Assembly (NCBI GenBank): GCA_902607115.1
Contig: CACLIZ010000004.1
Coordinates: 5,127-69,126 of the forward strand
Direction of reading: 5' to 3'
Source of the DNA: an uncultured Pelagibacteraceae bacterium
Lineage (GTDB): Bacteria; Pseudomonadota; Alphaproteobacteria; Pelagibacterales; Pelagibacteraceae
Length of the DNA stretch: 64,000 bases
Under the pieces are notes generated by a model that was not told the DNA's origin, searched no databases, and saw nothing but the letters and a program-made list of their open reading frames with translations. The position numbers were made by a program, and so were the translations under genes. Shown one piece after another: positions 45,023 to 57,775 of the stretch (position 1 is its first letter; every line of letters starts with the position of its first letter).

Positions 45023-46944
45023 TAAATTAATTTATCGTTTGTTCTAATTTTTTCTCTTTCTTCATGTCTATCAATTATTTTTTTAAATAATTTTTTTGCA
45101 ATTGGTGCTGCGACTGAGCTTCCTGATCCTCCATGCTCAACCAGTACAGTTAATGCATATCTTGGATTTTTATATGGACCAAATGCGATATACCAAGCAT
45201 GGTCTCTTTCTTTATAAGGAATTTGCTCTAACTTTAGATCCAGCTCCCTCTCAGCCTCTGTAATTCTTTTTACTTGAGCAGTTCCAGTTTTTCCTGCAAA
45301 CTGATATTTTGGATCCTCAATTCTAGACGAATATGACGTTCCATAAATCTCATTGGTTGATCTAAACATAGCATCTAAAACAAATTTGACATTTTCTTTA
45401 TTTCTAACCAACGAATAATAATCTTCTGGAAAACTTAAATTTTCATTATTTTCCATTTGATTTTTTATTAACTCAATATTTTTATTACTATCAGGAATTA
45501 TTGTAGGATAAATTTTGTTGCCTCCATTCGCAAGTTGAGCTGTCATCAAAGTTAATTGGAGTGGAGTAGTTTGAATATATCCCTGTCCAATTCCAGTAAT
45601 CAGTGTTTCTCCTAAGTACCAATTCTGTCCTATTGCTTCTTTTTTCCATTTTGTAGATGGGACTACACCTTTTTTTTCATTATCAAAAAAATCTTTAAGA
45701 ACAATATTTCCAAGTCCAAATTTTCTTGCTGTTTGGTTTAATCTATCAACACCCAATAATCTTGATACTTCGTAAAAATATGTATCACATGATTGTTTAA
45801 TTGCATTGGATAAGGTCATATATCCATGACCTTTTTTTTTCCAGCAGTGATATTTGCTACCATATAATTCAAGTGGATTCTTGTGACCTTTACAATTAAC
45901 TTTTAAGTCTGGAGAAATAATATTATTCTCTAAAGCGGACAGTGCCACTATTGGTTTTATAGTTGAACCTGGTGAATAAAGCCCTGAAATAGTTTTGTTT
46001 ATTAAAGGTTTAGATGGGTTTGAATTAAGATCTTTCCATTTTTTTGACCCTATTCCATATAAAAAATCATTTGGATTAAACGAGGGAGAAGAATTCATTG
46101 CAACAATCTCTCCTGTATAAATGTCCATTATACTTATAGATCCCGCTTCATATCTTAATAATTCACTTGTATAATTTTGTATTTCTGTATCTATAGATAT
46201 TCTTAATGAATTTCCTTTGTCGCCATTTTGAACTTCTAATTGATTAATTCTTTTGCCATAAGCATTAACCTCAAATCTTTGAATAGTATTTGTTCCGATT
46301 AATTCAGCTTCAAAAGTTTTTTCAAGACCATTTTTTCCAACTCTTAATCCAGGAACGTGTCTATCGTTTATTATTTCATTGGAAGACAAATCATTTTGAC
46401 TTGCATAAGCAACGTAACCAAGCACATGTGAATAGCTTTCATTAAAAGGATAGTTTCTTCCAACGGTTATAACAGGCTTTAGGCCAGGTAAGTCGTATAA
46501 ATAATAATTTATTTTTGAAAATTCATTCCAGGATAAGTTGTCTGAAATAATAATTGTTTCCCAAGGTTTTTGATTATTTTTTATTTTATAAATATTATCA
46601 ATATTTTTGTCAGAAAGATTTAATATTTGCTTAACTCTAGTGATTAGTACTCTAAAATCTTCAACTTGTTCAGGTATAACATGTAGTTCGTAAACATCTA
46701 AATTTCCAGCAATAGTTTTTCCAAAATAATCCCTAAACTCTCCTCTTACTGGTGGTAGTTTATTTTCTCTTATTCTGTTTTTATCCGAAAGTGTTAAATA
46801 TTTTTTATTTTGTTCAACTTGCAAATAAAATAATCTACCTATAATCCCAAAAAAAACTACAGCTTTTGCAGTTGAAGCAATAAACATTCGTCTGTTTATC
46901 AGTTTTGATTTTTTTATATTTGATCCAATTCCATCACCAATCAT
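45022..46944 (-). CDS. mrdA: Penicillin-binding protein 2
   Basis: PGSTIK (SxxK), SCD and KTGTAQ; lies between mreD and rodA. Confidence 0.96.
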   Translation of the reverse strand: MIGDGIGSNIKKSKLINRRMFIASTAKAVVFFGIIGRLFYLQVEQNKKYLTLSDKNRIRENKLPPVRGEFRDYFGKTIAGNLDVYELHVIPEQVEDFRVLITRVKQILNLSDKNIDNIYKIKNNQKPWETIIISDNLSWNEFSKINYYLYDLPGLKPVITVGRNYPFNESYSHVLGYVAYASQNDLSSNEIINDRHVPGLRVGKNGLEKTFEAELIGTNTIQRFEVNAYGKRINQLEVQNGDKGNSLRISIDTEIQNYTSELLRYEAGSISIMDIYTGEIVAMNSSPSFNPNDFLYGIGSKKWKDLNSNPSKPLINKTISGLYSPGSTIKPIVALSALENNIISPDLKVNCKGHKNPLELYGSKYHCWKKKGHGYMTLSNAIKQSCDTYFYEVSRLLGVDRLNQTARKFGLGNIVLKDFFDNEKKGVVPSTKWKKEAIGQNWYLGETLITGIGQGYIQTTPLQLTLMTAQLANGGNKIYPTIIPDSNKNIELIKNQMENNENLSFPEDYYSLVRNKENVKFVLDAMFRSTNEIYGTSYSSRIEDPKYQFAGKTGTAQVKRITEAERELDLKLEQIPYKERDHAWYIAFGPYKNPRYALTVLVEHGGSGSSVAAPIAKKLFKKIIDRHEEREKIRTNDKLI

Positions 46945-46945
46945 T

Positions 46946-47446
46946 TTAAGCGCTCACAGGTTTTAAATAATTAAACATTTTTGCAAATATAAAATATAAT
47001 AAAAATGTCAATATTGTATTGGTTAATATTTCATAAAAAATAATTTCAGCGAAAAATATAAAGCTTAAGATTAATGCATTAACTGAATTTGCAAATAATA
47101 TTGCTATAAGAAAAATAATAGAATCTTTATAAATATTGGGTCTTAAAGTTATGTTTCTAAGATAAGATGCAAAAGCAATTATTATTAAATAAATAAATGA
47201 ACTTACTCCTATTGGATGTCCCAATGTAACATCATTAAGGACTCCAGAAATAAAAATTAGCCCACTACCTATATGGTCAGGATCTTTTAAACTCCAATAA
47301 AAAATAATAATAAATGGAAGATTAAATGATAATAAACCAAAACTAGGAACATCAATATCAAATTCATTTAAAACTGAAAAATACAATAAAATTAAAGGAA
47401 AATATCTTATTAATTTATTTTTTAAATTTAAATTTTTTTGAACCAT
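46946..47446 (-). CDS. mreD: Rod shape-determining protein MreD
   Basis: Hydrophobic protein with FYW and G..ND..G..IG between mreC and mrdA. Start moved to 47446. Confidence 0.8.
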   Translation of the reverse strand: MVQKNLNLKNKLIRYFPLILLYFSVLNEFDIDVPSFGLLSFNLPFIIIFYWSLKDPDHIGSGLIFISGVLNDVTLGHPIGVSSFIYLIIIAFASYLRNITLRPNIYKDSIIFLIAILFANSVNALILSFIFFAEIIFYEILTNTILTFLLYFIFAKMFNYLKPVSA

Positions 47447-47447
47447 C

Positions 47448-48290
47448 TTATTCTGTCTGCCCTTCAATTGATTGAATCTTTACATATGATAATTGTGATA
47501 AGTCTGAAAAAAATTCTACCGCTAAATCTTCTATCTCATTATTAATTTTTCCAATTGGCAAGCCTGCTCTAAAATTTCCTCCAGAGCCAGAAGTGTAAAC
47601 AATAGTAGCTTCATTTAATAAAAGTTTATTTTTTGAATATTTAATTTTTCCATAGTTTTTTCCAGTACCGCTTAGAATTGACTGGAAACTACCTGGCTCT
47701 ATAACAACTGGAATATTGCTATTTAAATCTGAAATTAGAATTGCTCTAGATGTGGTATAATTTACTTCAATTACTTGACCCACAAGATAATTTGTTTCTA
47801 AAACAACCATACCTTTCTTAATTCCATCTTTGCTACCTTTATTCAAAATAATTGATTTTAAAAATTTTCCATCTTTATCAATTAGAACTTTTGAAATAAT
47901 TAGATCTGAACTATTGGTATTTTCTCCAACAATTTCCTTTAACTTTTTATTTTCATTTTCAAGAAATGTGTAACTTAATTTTTCAGCATTTAATTTATCA
48001 ACTTTTTCTTTTAGATTTTGATTTTCTTTATAAACATTAAAATATTCTGATAAAAATATGAATGATTCATTTAATTTTTTTTCTGGATAACTAATTATTG
48101 CTGATAGTCTATATGTTGCTTCGTTAACGCCGATTTTTACATATTTAATTCCAATAAAATTTAGATTAGATAAAAAAATTAGAAGTATTGAAAATATTAT
48201 TAGCGCTAGTAAAGAAAACTGTTGTTTGTTACTTTTTTTTAAAAAGGCAGATCTTACGGCAATTATAAAGTCATCTCTGCCTGATGCCAT
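47448..48290 (-). CDS. mreC: Rod shape-determining protein MreC
   Basis: TM segment plus coiled coil (ENKKLK), NKGSKDGI and TSG.GG.F.AGLPIG. Confidence 0.93.
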   Translation of the reverse strand: MASGRDDFIIAVRSAFLKKSNKQQFSLLALIIFSILLIFLSNLNFIGIKYVKIGVNEATYRLSAIISYPEKKLNESFIFLSEYFNVYKENQNLKEKVDKLNAEKLSYTFLENENKKLKEIVGENTNSSDLIISKVLIDKDGKFLKSIILNKGSKDGIKKGMVVLETNYLVGQVIEVNYTTSRAILISDLNSNIPVVIEPGSFQSILSGTGKNYGKIKYSKNKLLLNEATIVYTSGSGGNFRAGLPIGKINNEIEDLAVEFFSDLSQLSYVKIQSIEGQTE

Positions 48291-48295
48291 TTATC

Positions 48296-49330
48296 TTAAT
48301 ACTCTGTAAGCATTGAAGAAAAAGTTTCCTCTTGATCTAAAGCTTTTCCAGTTCCAATTGCAACACATGCTAAAGGATCTTCGGCAATATGTACGGGAAG
48401 TCCAGTTTCTTTAGAAAATCTTTTATCAATATTTTTTAACAGAGCGCCACCCCCTGTTAATGTTAATCCCATATCAACTAAATCAGCAGAAAGTTCTGGT
48501 GGAGTATTTTCTAAAGCCATTTTAATTCCACCTATCATTTCTTTAAGAATTGGATTTAAAGCTGCAGCTGTATCTTCCTCAGTCACATTAATTTCTTTTG
48601 GTGTGCCAGATCTTATATCTCTTCCTTTTACTGGATACTTGTTATTATTTGTAGGTATGGCTGTTCCGACTTCTTTTTTAATTTTCTCAGCAGTACTATC
48701 TCCTATTAAAAGATTATACTCTTCTCTCATATAGTTCTGCAATGAAACATCCATGGCATCTCCTGCTATTCTTAGTGATTTAGAATAAACAACACCGCCT
48801 AAAGACATAACTGCTATTTCAGTTGTTCCACCGCCTATATCAATTACCATTGAACCTGTTGCTTCTGAAATTGGTAGTCCAGCACCAATAGCTGCGGCTA
48901 TTGGTTCTTCAATTAATTGAACTTTTCTTGCTCCAGCTGCAAGAGCGCTGTCTTGAATTGCTTTTCTTTCAACTGGTGTAGAACCCGTGGGAACACAAAT
49001 TAAAATTCTTGGATTTGCAAAAGTACTTCCTTTATGTACTTTTTTAATAAAGTGTTTGATCATTTCTTCAGTAACTATGAAATCTGCTATTACTCCATCC
49101 CTCAAGGGTCTAATGGCTTGAATATTTCCAGGCGTTCTACCAAGCATTGTTTTTGCTTCATCACCTACAGCTAAAACTGTCTTTTTTCCTTTGTTATCTG
49201 CAACAGCTACAACTGAAGGTTCGTTTAAAACCACCCCTTTAGTTTTTAATACAACAAGTGTATTTGCTGTACCAAGATCTATTGCCATGTCTTGAGACCA
49301 TATCCCTGTAATTTTACTAAACATTCCCAT
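48296..49330 (-). CDS. mreB: Actin-like protein MreB
   Basis: AIDLGTANT, RPLRDGVIADF, DIGGGTTE and TGGGALL. Confidence 0.98.
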   Translation of the reverse strand: MGMFSKITGIWSQDMAIDLGTANTLVVLKTKGVVLNEPSVVAVADNKGKKTVLAVGDEAKTMLGRTPGNIQAIRPLRDGVIADFIVTEEMIKHFIKKVHKGSTFANPRILICVPTGSTPVERKAIQDSALAAGARKVQLIEEPIAAAIGAGLPISEATGSMVIDIGGGTTEIAVMSLGGVVYSKSLRIAGDAMDVSLQNYMREEYNLLIGDSTAEKIKKEVGTAIPTNNNKYPVKGRDIRSGTPKEINVTEEDTAAALNPILKEMIGGIKMALENTPPELSADLVDMGLTLTGGGALLKNIDKRFSKETGLPVHIAEDPLACVAIGTGKALDQEETFSSMLTEY

Positions 49331-49331
49331 A

Positions 49332-50918
49332 TTATATTCCTCTCACTTTGTTGTTATATACTCCAGAGACTTGGGTGTTATCTGGAGCTGTTTTGTCTCT
49401 TTTAATAATCATTTTATTTAAAGCATTAATGTAAGCATTTGCTGAAGCAACCAATGTATCAGTATCTGCCGCTTGTCCAACAGTTGTTTTTCCGTTTTCT
49501 TCTATTCGAACACTTACTGTTGCTTGAGCATCCGTTCCTTCTGTTACCGCATGAACTTGGTACAATTGTAAATTTATATTGTGAGGATATAAAGTTTTAA
49601 TACATTTAAATATTGCATCTACTGGACCATCTCCTGTTTCTGATGCATTTTTAATTTCACCAAATACATCTAATGTCATTTCTGCTTTCTGCGGTTCACC
49701 TGTTCCAGCAAACACTTTTAAAGATTTTAAATTTATAGCATTTACTTTATTGTCAACAATTAAACTGTCATCAACTAAAGCAATGATGTCTTCATCATAA
49801 ACATGTTTTTTCTTATCAGCTAAAATTTTGAATTTACCAAATGCATTTTCAACAATATCGTCGGTTACATCAACATAACCTAGACTTGTTAATTTATCTT
49901 TAAACGCATGTCTTCCAGAATGTTTACCCATAACTAAAGATGTTTGTTTCACTCCTACACTTTCAGGAGTCATAATTTCATATGTCTGTCTATTTTTAAG
50001 CATTCCATCTTGATGAATTCCCGACTCATGTGCAAAGGCATTTTTTCCAACAATAGCTTTATTGTATTGAACTGGAAAGCCAGTAGCATTTGAAACAATT
50101 TTTGATGCTTTACTTAAAAGTTTTGTATTAATTCCTGTATCGTAAGGCATAAGATCGGGTCTAGTTTTCATTGCCATCACAACTTCTTCAAGTGCAGCAT
50201 TCCCAGCTCTTTCACCAATTCCATTAATAGTACATTCAATTTGTCTTGCTCCAGCCTGAACTCCTGCTAATGAATTCGCAACAGCTAAGCCTAGGTCATT
50301 GTGACAATGAGTAGAAAGTATAGCTTTATCAATGTTTGGAACCTTGTTTAATAAAGTTTGTATAATTTTTGTAAACTCTGATGGAACTGTATATCCAACA
50401 GTATCAGGAATATTTATTGTTTTAGCGCCACATTTAATTGCGAGTTCAACAGTCTTACACATATAATCTATATCCGTTCTTGTTCCATCTTCGCATGACC
50501 ATTCTACATCATCTGTATATTTTCTTGCGTGAGTTACATGCTCTTTGATTGACTCATAAACTTGTTCTGGGGTTTTATTTAACTTATGTTTCATGTGAAG
50601 TGGACTTGTAGAAATAAAAGTGTGAATTCTAAATCTTGGAGCATGTTTTAAGGCTTCATAGCATCTATCAATATCTTTTTTTGAGTGTCTTGCTAGGCCA
50701 GCAGGAATAGAATTTTTGAGAATTTTACTAACCTCAGTTACTGCTTCAAAATCTCCAGGAGATGCAATAGGAAAACCAGCCTCAATTATGTCAACACCTA
50801 ATTCATCAAATACTCTAGCAATTTGAATTTTCTCTTCCAAACTCATAGATGCACCTGGAGACTGCTCTCCATCTCGCATAGTTGTATCAAATATGAATAC
50901 TCTGTTTTTATCGCTCAT
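49332..50918 (-). CDS. leuA: 2-isopropylmalate synthase
   Basis: DTTMRDGEQ, HCHNDLG, GERAGN, HESGIHQDG and a regulatory domain with GDGPVDA. Confidence 0.97.
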   Translation of the reverse strand: MSDKNRVFIFDTTMRDGEQSPGASMSLEEKIQIARVFDELGVDIIEAGFPIASPGDFEAVTEVSKILKNSIPAGLARHSKKDIDRCYEALKHAPRFRIHTFISTSPLHMKHKLNKTPEQVYESIKEHVTHARKYTDDVEWSCEDGTRTDIDYMCKTVELAIKCGAKTINIPDTVGYTVPSEFTKIIQTLLNKVPNIDKAILSTHCHNDLGLAVANSLAGVQAGARQIECTINGIGERAGNAALEEVVMAMKTRPDLMPYDTGINTKLLSKASKIVSNATGFPVQYNKAIVGKNAFAHESGIHQDGMLKNRQTYEIMTPESVGVKQTSLVMGKHSGRHAFKDKLTSLGYVDVTDDIVENAFGKFKILADKKKHVYDEDIIALVDDSLIVDNKVNAINLKSLKVFAGTGEPQKAEMTLDVFGEIKNASETGDGPVDAIFKCIKTLYPHNINLQLYQVHAVTEGTDAQATVSVRIEENGKTTVGQAADTDTLVASANAYINALNKMIIKRDKTAPDNTQVSGVYNNKVRGI

Positions 50919-51001
50919 TTTTTAATTTTTAAAGCATAATACAATCTCTAAGAGAGATTGCAAAATAAATTGCAAATTTTAACCCAAATTTAACTACTAA
51001 G

Positions 51002-52586
<1,585 letters not shown>

Positions 52587-52587
<1 letters not shown>

Positions 52588-54353
52588 TAAACTAAAGTCT
52601 TGCCTTTCCCTGTAATTTTATTTTCTTTTTGATCTTTTGGACCTAAAAGCATTTGATTATGTGGTTTTCCTGAAGGTATCATTGGAAAACAGTTTTCCTG
52701 TTTATCTACTCTACAATCAAATATTACAGGTCTATCAGTGTTAATCATTTCTATTATTTTATCATCTAATTCTTCTGGGGATGTGGCTCTTATTCCAACG
52801 CATCCATATGCTTCTGCAAGTTTTACAAAATCAGGCAATGCTGCAGTATAGCTTTCTGAGTAATTTTTATCATGCAATAGTTCTTGCCATTGTCTAACCA
52901 TCCCCATGTATTCATTATTTAAAATAAAAATTTTAATAGGAAGACTGTACTGAACTGCAGTAGACATTTCTTGCATAGTCATCAAAACAGAAGCTTCTCC
53001 TGCAATATCAATTACTAATTTATTTGGATGTGCAACTTGTACTCCTACAGCTGCAGGCAATCCATAGCCCATTGTACCCAATCCACCTGATGTCATCCAA
53101 CGATTAGGTTTGTCAAATTTATAGTGTTGTGCTGCCCACATTTGATGCTGACCTACTTCTGTTGTTATGTACGTATCTTTATTTTTGGTTAGTTCATAAA
53201 GTCTTTGAACTGCATATTGCGGTTTTATAGTTTCCGAACTATTAACAAAATTAAATGAATTAACAGATCTCCATTTTTGAATTTGTTCCCACCATTTAGA
53301 AACTTTTTGTTTGTTAGATTTTGTAAAATCAGGTTTTAATTTTTTTATAGTTTTAATTGTAGAATTAATAACTTCTGCAACATCTCCTATGATTGGCAAA
53401 TCTACTTTAACATTTTTGTTTATTGAAGATGGATCTATATCAATATGAATTTTTTTTGATTTAGGTGAAAATTCATCTATCTTTCCTGTTATTCGATCAT
53501 CGAATCTTGCACCTATGTTTATCATTAAATCACAGTCGTGCATTGCATTGTTCGCTTCATATGATCCGTGCATACCAAGCATTCCCAAAAATTGGTTATC
53601 ATCCCCTGGATAAGATCCGAGCCCTTGTAATGTTGTCGTTATAGGAAAGCCAGTCATGTTTACTAACTGTCTTAAAAATTCACTGGCTTTTGGGCCTGAG
53701 TTAATAACTCCTCCACCAGTATAAAAAATTGGTTTAGAAGATTTGCTCATTAATTTTATCATTTCATCGATATCTTTTTGTGAAAAACGATTATGAACTT
53801 TACCATTTGGTTTTTTTTGTTTTTTAAATTTTCTATAATTTGTTTTTAAAAATTGAATATCTTTTGGGATATCAACCAAAACAGGTCCTGGCCTTCCTGT
53901 TGTAGCAACCTCGAAGGCTTTATGAATTGTTTTTTCTAAATCTTTTATATCTTTAACTAGCCAATTGTGTTTCGTACATGGTCTTGTTATTCCTGTTGTA
54001 TCAGCTTCTTGAAAAGCATCAGTTCCAATTAAGTGTGTCGGTACTTGTCCAGAAATACAAACTAAAGGAACGGAATCCATATACGCATCTGTTAAAGCTG
54101 TTACAGCATTGGTAGCTCCCGGACCTGAAGTAACTAAGAGTACACCTGGTTTTCCTGTAGATCTTGCATATCCTTCAGCGGCATGTCCTGCACCTTGTTC
54201 GTGACGAACTAATATATGTTTTACTGAATTAAAATTTTTTAATTCATCATAAATCGGAAGAACAGCCCCGCCGGGATAACCAAAAATAAATTCTACATTT
54301 TGGTCCTCTAAGCACTTAAATACTATTTCAGCACCTGAATACAATTTTGACAT
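52587..54353 (-). CDS. ilvI: Acetolactate synthase large subunit
   Basis: GYPGGAVL, RHEQ, TSGPGATN, GMLGMHG, RFDDR and GMVRQWQ. Confidence 0.97.
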
Positions 54354-54402
54354 TCGGCCAATCTAGCTGAAGTTGTGCTAATAGGTCAAGTTTAAGAAGT
54401 TA

Positions 54403-55314
54403 TTATTTTAATTTTTTTAAAGCTAAGCTTAAGTTTTTAGGATTAATTTTTTGCCAAGACTGCATTTGACCTCTTGCCCATGTAGCTTGCCTCTTGGCAT
54501 ATTGCCTTGTTTTAATAGCAATCAAGTCCTTAGCTTGTTCAAGAGTGCATTGTTTGTTCAATAAATATGTAATTTCCTTAATTCCAATAACCTTGTTTGA
54601 GCTATTTTCTTTTTTGACCTTAAGTTTGTTAAATTTTTTAACTTCTTCAATAACTCCATCTGCAAACATATCATCGACCTTAAGGTTAATTCTATTTATC
54701 AAGCTTTCTCGCGGATAATCAATGTAAAGTTTAATAAATTCATTTGAAGAAATAAATTTTTTTGTTTTTTTAAACCAATTTATAATTGATATTTTTGTAT
54801 AATTTTTAATTTCATAAGCTCTGATGGATCTTTGAACATCATTTTTATCAATTTTGCTTTTTATTAAAGGATCAAGTTTTAATAATTTATTATAAAATTT
54901 TTTTTGACCTAAATTTGTTTGCATTAATCTAATTTTATTTCTTACTTTTATCGGAATATTAGGTATTTTTACTAGGCCGTCAGTAAGAGCTTTGAAATAC
55001 AAACCTGTTCCTCCAACTATAATGGGAACCTTCTTTCTTTTGCGAATATCTTTAATCTTTTTTAATAAAAATTTTATCCATTCTCCGGTTGAGTATTTTT
55101 TTCTTACATCGCAAAAACCATAAAGATGATGTTTTACCATTTTTAGATCCTTTTTTTTAGGTCTTGCAGTTAAAATTTTAAGTTGCTTGTAAATTTGCAT
55201 ACTATCAGCGTTAATTATTTCTCCGTTAATTTTTTTAGCTAATTTTATTGCAAAATTTGATTTACCACTTGATGTTGGTCCAGAGATTAAAATTATTTTG
55301 GACTTAAGGTCCAT
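54403..55314 (-). CDS. miaA: tRNA dimethylallyltransferase
   Basis: GPTSSGKS, NADSMQIY, VGGTGLY and TRQYAKRQ.TW. Confidence 0.96.
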   Translation of the reverse strand: MDLKSKIILISGPTSSGKSNFAIKLAKKINGEIINADSMQIYKQLKILTARPKKKDLKMVKHHLYGFCDVRKKYSTGEWIKFLLKKIKDIRKRKKVPIIVGGTGLYFKALTDGLVKIPNIPIKVRNKIRLMQTNLGQKKFYNKLLKLDPLIKSKIDKNDVQRSIRAYEIKNYTKISIINWFKKTKKFISSNEFIKLYIDYPRESLINRINLKVDDMFADGVIEEVKKFNKLKVKKENSSNKVIGIKEITYLLNKQCTLEQAKDLIAIKTRQYAKRQATWARGQMQSWQKINPKNLSLALKKLK

Positions 55315-55316
55315 TT

Positions 55317-56705
55317 TTAATCAAGCTTAACACCAATTGATCTTTTTTGGTTTTGATTATTAATGATTGATATCTCAATTGATTTGTCCGATTTTTTTAA
55401 TGCTGCATTAACAATATTTTTTAAATCACCGGCTGTTTTAATTTTTCTACCATCTACTTCGATAATAATGTTTTCAACATTTAAATAATTAATTGGACTG
55501 TCTTCGTCAATTTGAACAATTACTACACCCGTTGTGTTTTTTGGCAGTTTACGTAATTCAATGTAACTTTTATCCAATGGTCTTACTTTTATTTTTAAAC
55601 CTTCAATTGAAATGTATTTTGGCTTTCCTTCTAAAATATTAAAGTCTTCAGAAGTTTCTAGTCTTCCAAGTTTTATTTTTTTTATTACTTCCCTTTTATT
55701 TCTCCAAACTTTTACATCAACAGTTTTACCCACTTCTGTTTCTGCGACAATTTTTGGTAGTTCTCTCATTTCGTTAATTTTTTTTCCATCAAATTCTATA
55801 ATTATATCTCCAGATTTTATTCCCGCTTTATCAGATGGGCTATTTTCAGCAACGCTTACAACTAATGCTCCTACTGGCTTATCTAAATTTTCAGCATCAG
55901 CAATTTCATTTGTTACAATCTGAATCCTTACGCCAAGCCAACCTCTTTTGGTTTCACCAAATTCAATTAATTGATTAATAACCTTTTTTGCGCTGTTAGA
56001 AGGAATTGAGAATCCAATTCCAATAGATCCTGATTGACCTAAAATAGCTGTATTAATTCCAATAACATCACCTTTCATATCGAATAGTGGTCCACCTGAG
56101 TTTCCAGAATTAATTGATGCGTCTGTTTGAATATAATCTTCATATCTTGAAAGACCTATGCTTCGATTTCTTGCAGAAATTATTCCTGAAGTTACTGTTC
56201 CACCTAGTCCAAATGGATTACCGATAGCAATTACCCAGTCACCTACTCTAGCACTATCAGAGTCTCCAAATTTAACAGGTGAGAATTTTTGCTCTGATTT
56301 TATTTTTAAAACTGCAATGTCTGATAAAGGATCAGTGCCAACTATTTCTGCTGCATATTCTTTTTCATCGTTAACAGTGACAAAAATATCTTCTGCACCC
56401 TGTATGACGTGATTATTCGTTACAACTATTCCATCTTTATCAATGATAAATCCTGATCCAAGTGCACTGGTTCTTCTTTCTTTTGGTTCCCCAAAATCTC
56501 TGAACATATCTTCAAATGGAGAGCCTGGAGGAAATTCAAAAGGAAAAGGGTTTGTTCTAGTGGTGATAATTTGAGTTGTGGAAATATTGACAACTGATGG
56601 CATCAATCTTTCTGCTAGATCTGCAAAAGATCCTGGGTAATCTTTAGCATTAACATTAAATGTGAATAAAAATAAAATTATATAAATTGAAAATTTTCTA
56701 AACAT
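55317..56705 (-). CDS. degP: Do/DegP family serine protease with PDZ domains
   Basis: GSGFI, TNNHV, DIAVL, GNSGGPL and RGWLGV. Confidence 0.93.
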   Translation of the reverse strand: MFRKFSIYIILFLFTFNVNAKDYPGSFADLAERLMPSVVNISTTQIITTRTNPFPFEFPPGSPFEDMFRDFGEPKERRTSALGSGFIIDKDGIVVTNNHVIQGAEDIFVTVNDEKEYAAEIVGTDPLSDIAVLKIKSEQKFSPVKFGDSDSARVGDWVIAIGNPFGLGGTVTSGIISARNRSIGLSRYEDYIQTDASINSGNSGGPLFDMKGDVIGINTAILGQSGSIGIGFSIPSNSAKKVINQLIEFGETKRGWLGVRIQIVTNEIADAENLDKPVGALVVSVAENSPSDKAGIKSGDIIIEFDGKKINEMRELPKIVAETEVGKTVDVKVWRNKREVIKKIKLGRLETSEDFNILEGKPKYISIEGLKIKVRPLDKSYIELRKLPKNTTGVVIVQIDEDSPINYLNVENIIIEVDGRKIKTAGDLKNIVNAALKKSDKSIEISIINNQNQKRSIGVKLD

Positions 56706-56889
56706 TGCTTTTTAAGTACCAAATAATAACAAATCCAATTATTGCAAAAATCAAACCTCCAGATCTAAGTTGTGCATCTGAAACTTGATTTAATTTAGAT
56801 AAGATATTTTTCATTTTTGCTGGAAATATGGCATATAAAAGACCTTCTAAAAAAAGGAACAATCCAAAAGCTATAATAAGCTCCTTCAT
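56698..56889 (-). CDS. DUF2065 (YjeT-like) small membrane protein
   Basis: LEGLLYAIFP and LR.GGL; conserved position after hflC. Confidence 0.88.
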   Translation of the reverse strand: MKELIIAFGLFLFLEGLLYAIFPAKMKNILSKLNQVSDAQLRSGGLIFAIIGFVIIWYLKSNV

Positions 56890-56898
56890 GTTTTTATT

Positions 56899-57774
56899 TT
56901 ACTGTTGATTTTTTTTTGGTTTTATATTGCCAAAGAATTTGAAAAACTCACTATCAGGTGAAAGTATCAAAGAAGTTTCACCACCAATTAATGCTTTTTC
57001 ATATGCTTGCATAGCTCTATAAAAAGCAAAGAACTCTGGATCTCGACCAAATGCTTCTGCAAAAATTTTGTTTCTTTGACCGTCTCCTTCTCCTTTTAAA
57101 ATTTGAGATGTTTTTTCAGCATTTGCTAATATTACAGTAACTTCTTTATCTGCAGTTGATGTGATTTCTGCGGCCATTTCTGCACCTTTTGCTCTAAATT
57201 CTTTTGCTTCTCTTTCTCTTTCTGTTTGCATTCTTTTATAGATAGCTTCACTATTTGCTTGCGGAAGATCTGCTCTTTTAATTCTTACATCTACAATTTT
57301 GATACCAAAGTTTTCTGCTTCATTATTTACTCCAGCTTGAATTAAAGTCATTTGATTAGTTCTGTCTGCTGATAACAGAGTCTGTAATCTTTGTGTACCA
57401 AGAACACTTCTTATTCTTGAATTAATAATTGTTGACAATCTTGATCTTGCAACTCTTTCATTTCCAACTGAAATATAAAATTTTAATGGATCAACTATTT
57501 GAAATCTTGCAAATGCATCTACTATTAATCTTTTTTGGTCAGATGCAATTACTTCTTCTGGTGGAGTATCCAAGTTTAAAATTCTTTTATCTAAGAAAAC
57601 TACATTTTGAATAAATGGAATTTTAAAATTTAATCCTGGATTGGTAATGATTCTTTTTGGGTCTCCAAATTGTAAAACGATAGCTTGGTTGACTTCTTTA
57701 ACTATAAATATAGAAAAGAATACTGTTGCTGCTACTAAAATAATTAATGGTAATATAAATCTAGTTACTTTCAT
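56899..57774 (-). CDS. hflC: FtsH protease modulator HflC
   Basis: PGLNFKIPF, DVRIKRADLP, RMQTERE and FFAFYRAM. Confidence 0.96.
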   Translation of the reverse strand: MKVTRFILPLIILVAATVFFSIFIVKEVNQAIVLQFGDPKRIITNPGLNFKIPFIQNVVFLDKRILNLDTPPEEVIASDQKRLIVDAFARFQIVDPLKFYISVGNERVARSRLSTIINSRIRSVLGTQRLQTLLSADRTNQMTLIQAGVNNEAENFGIKIVDVRIKRADLPQANSEAIYKRMQTEREREAKEFRAKGAEMAAEITSTADKEVTVILANAEKTSQILKGEGDGQRNKIFAEAFGRDPEFFAFYRAMQAYEKALIGGETSLILSPDSEFFKFFGNIKPKKNQQ

Positions 57775-57775
57775 T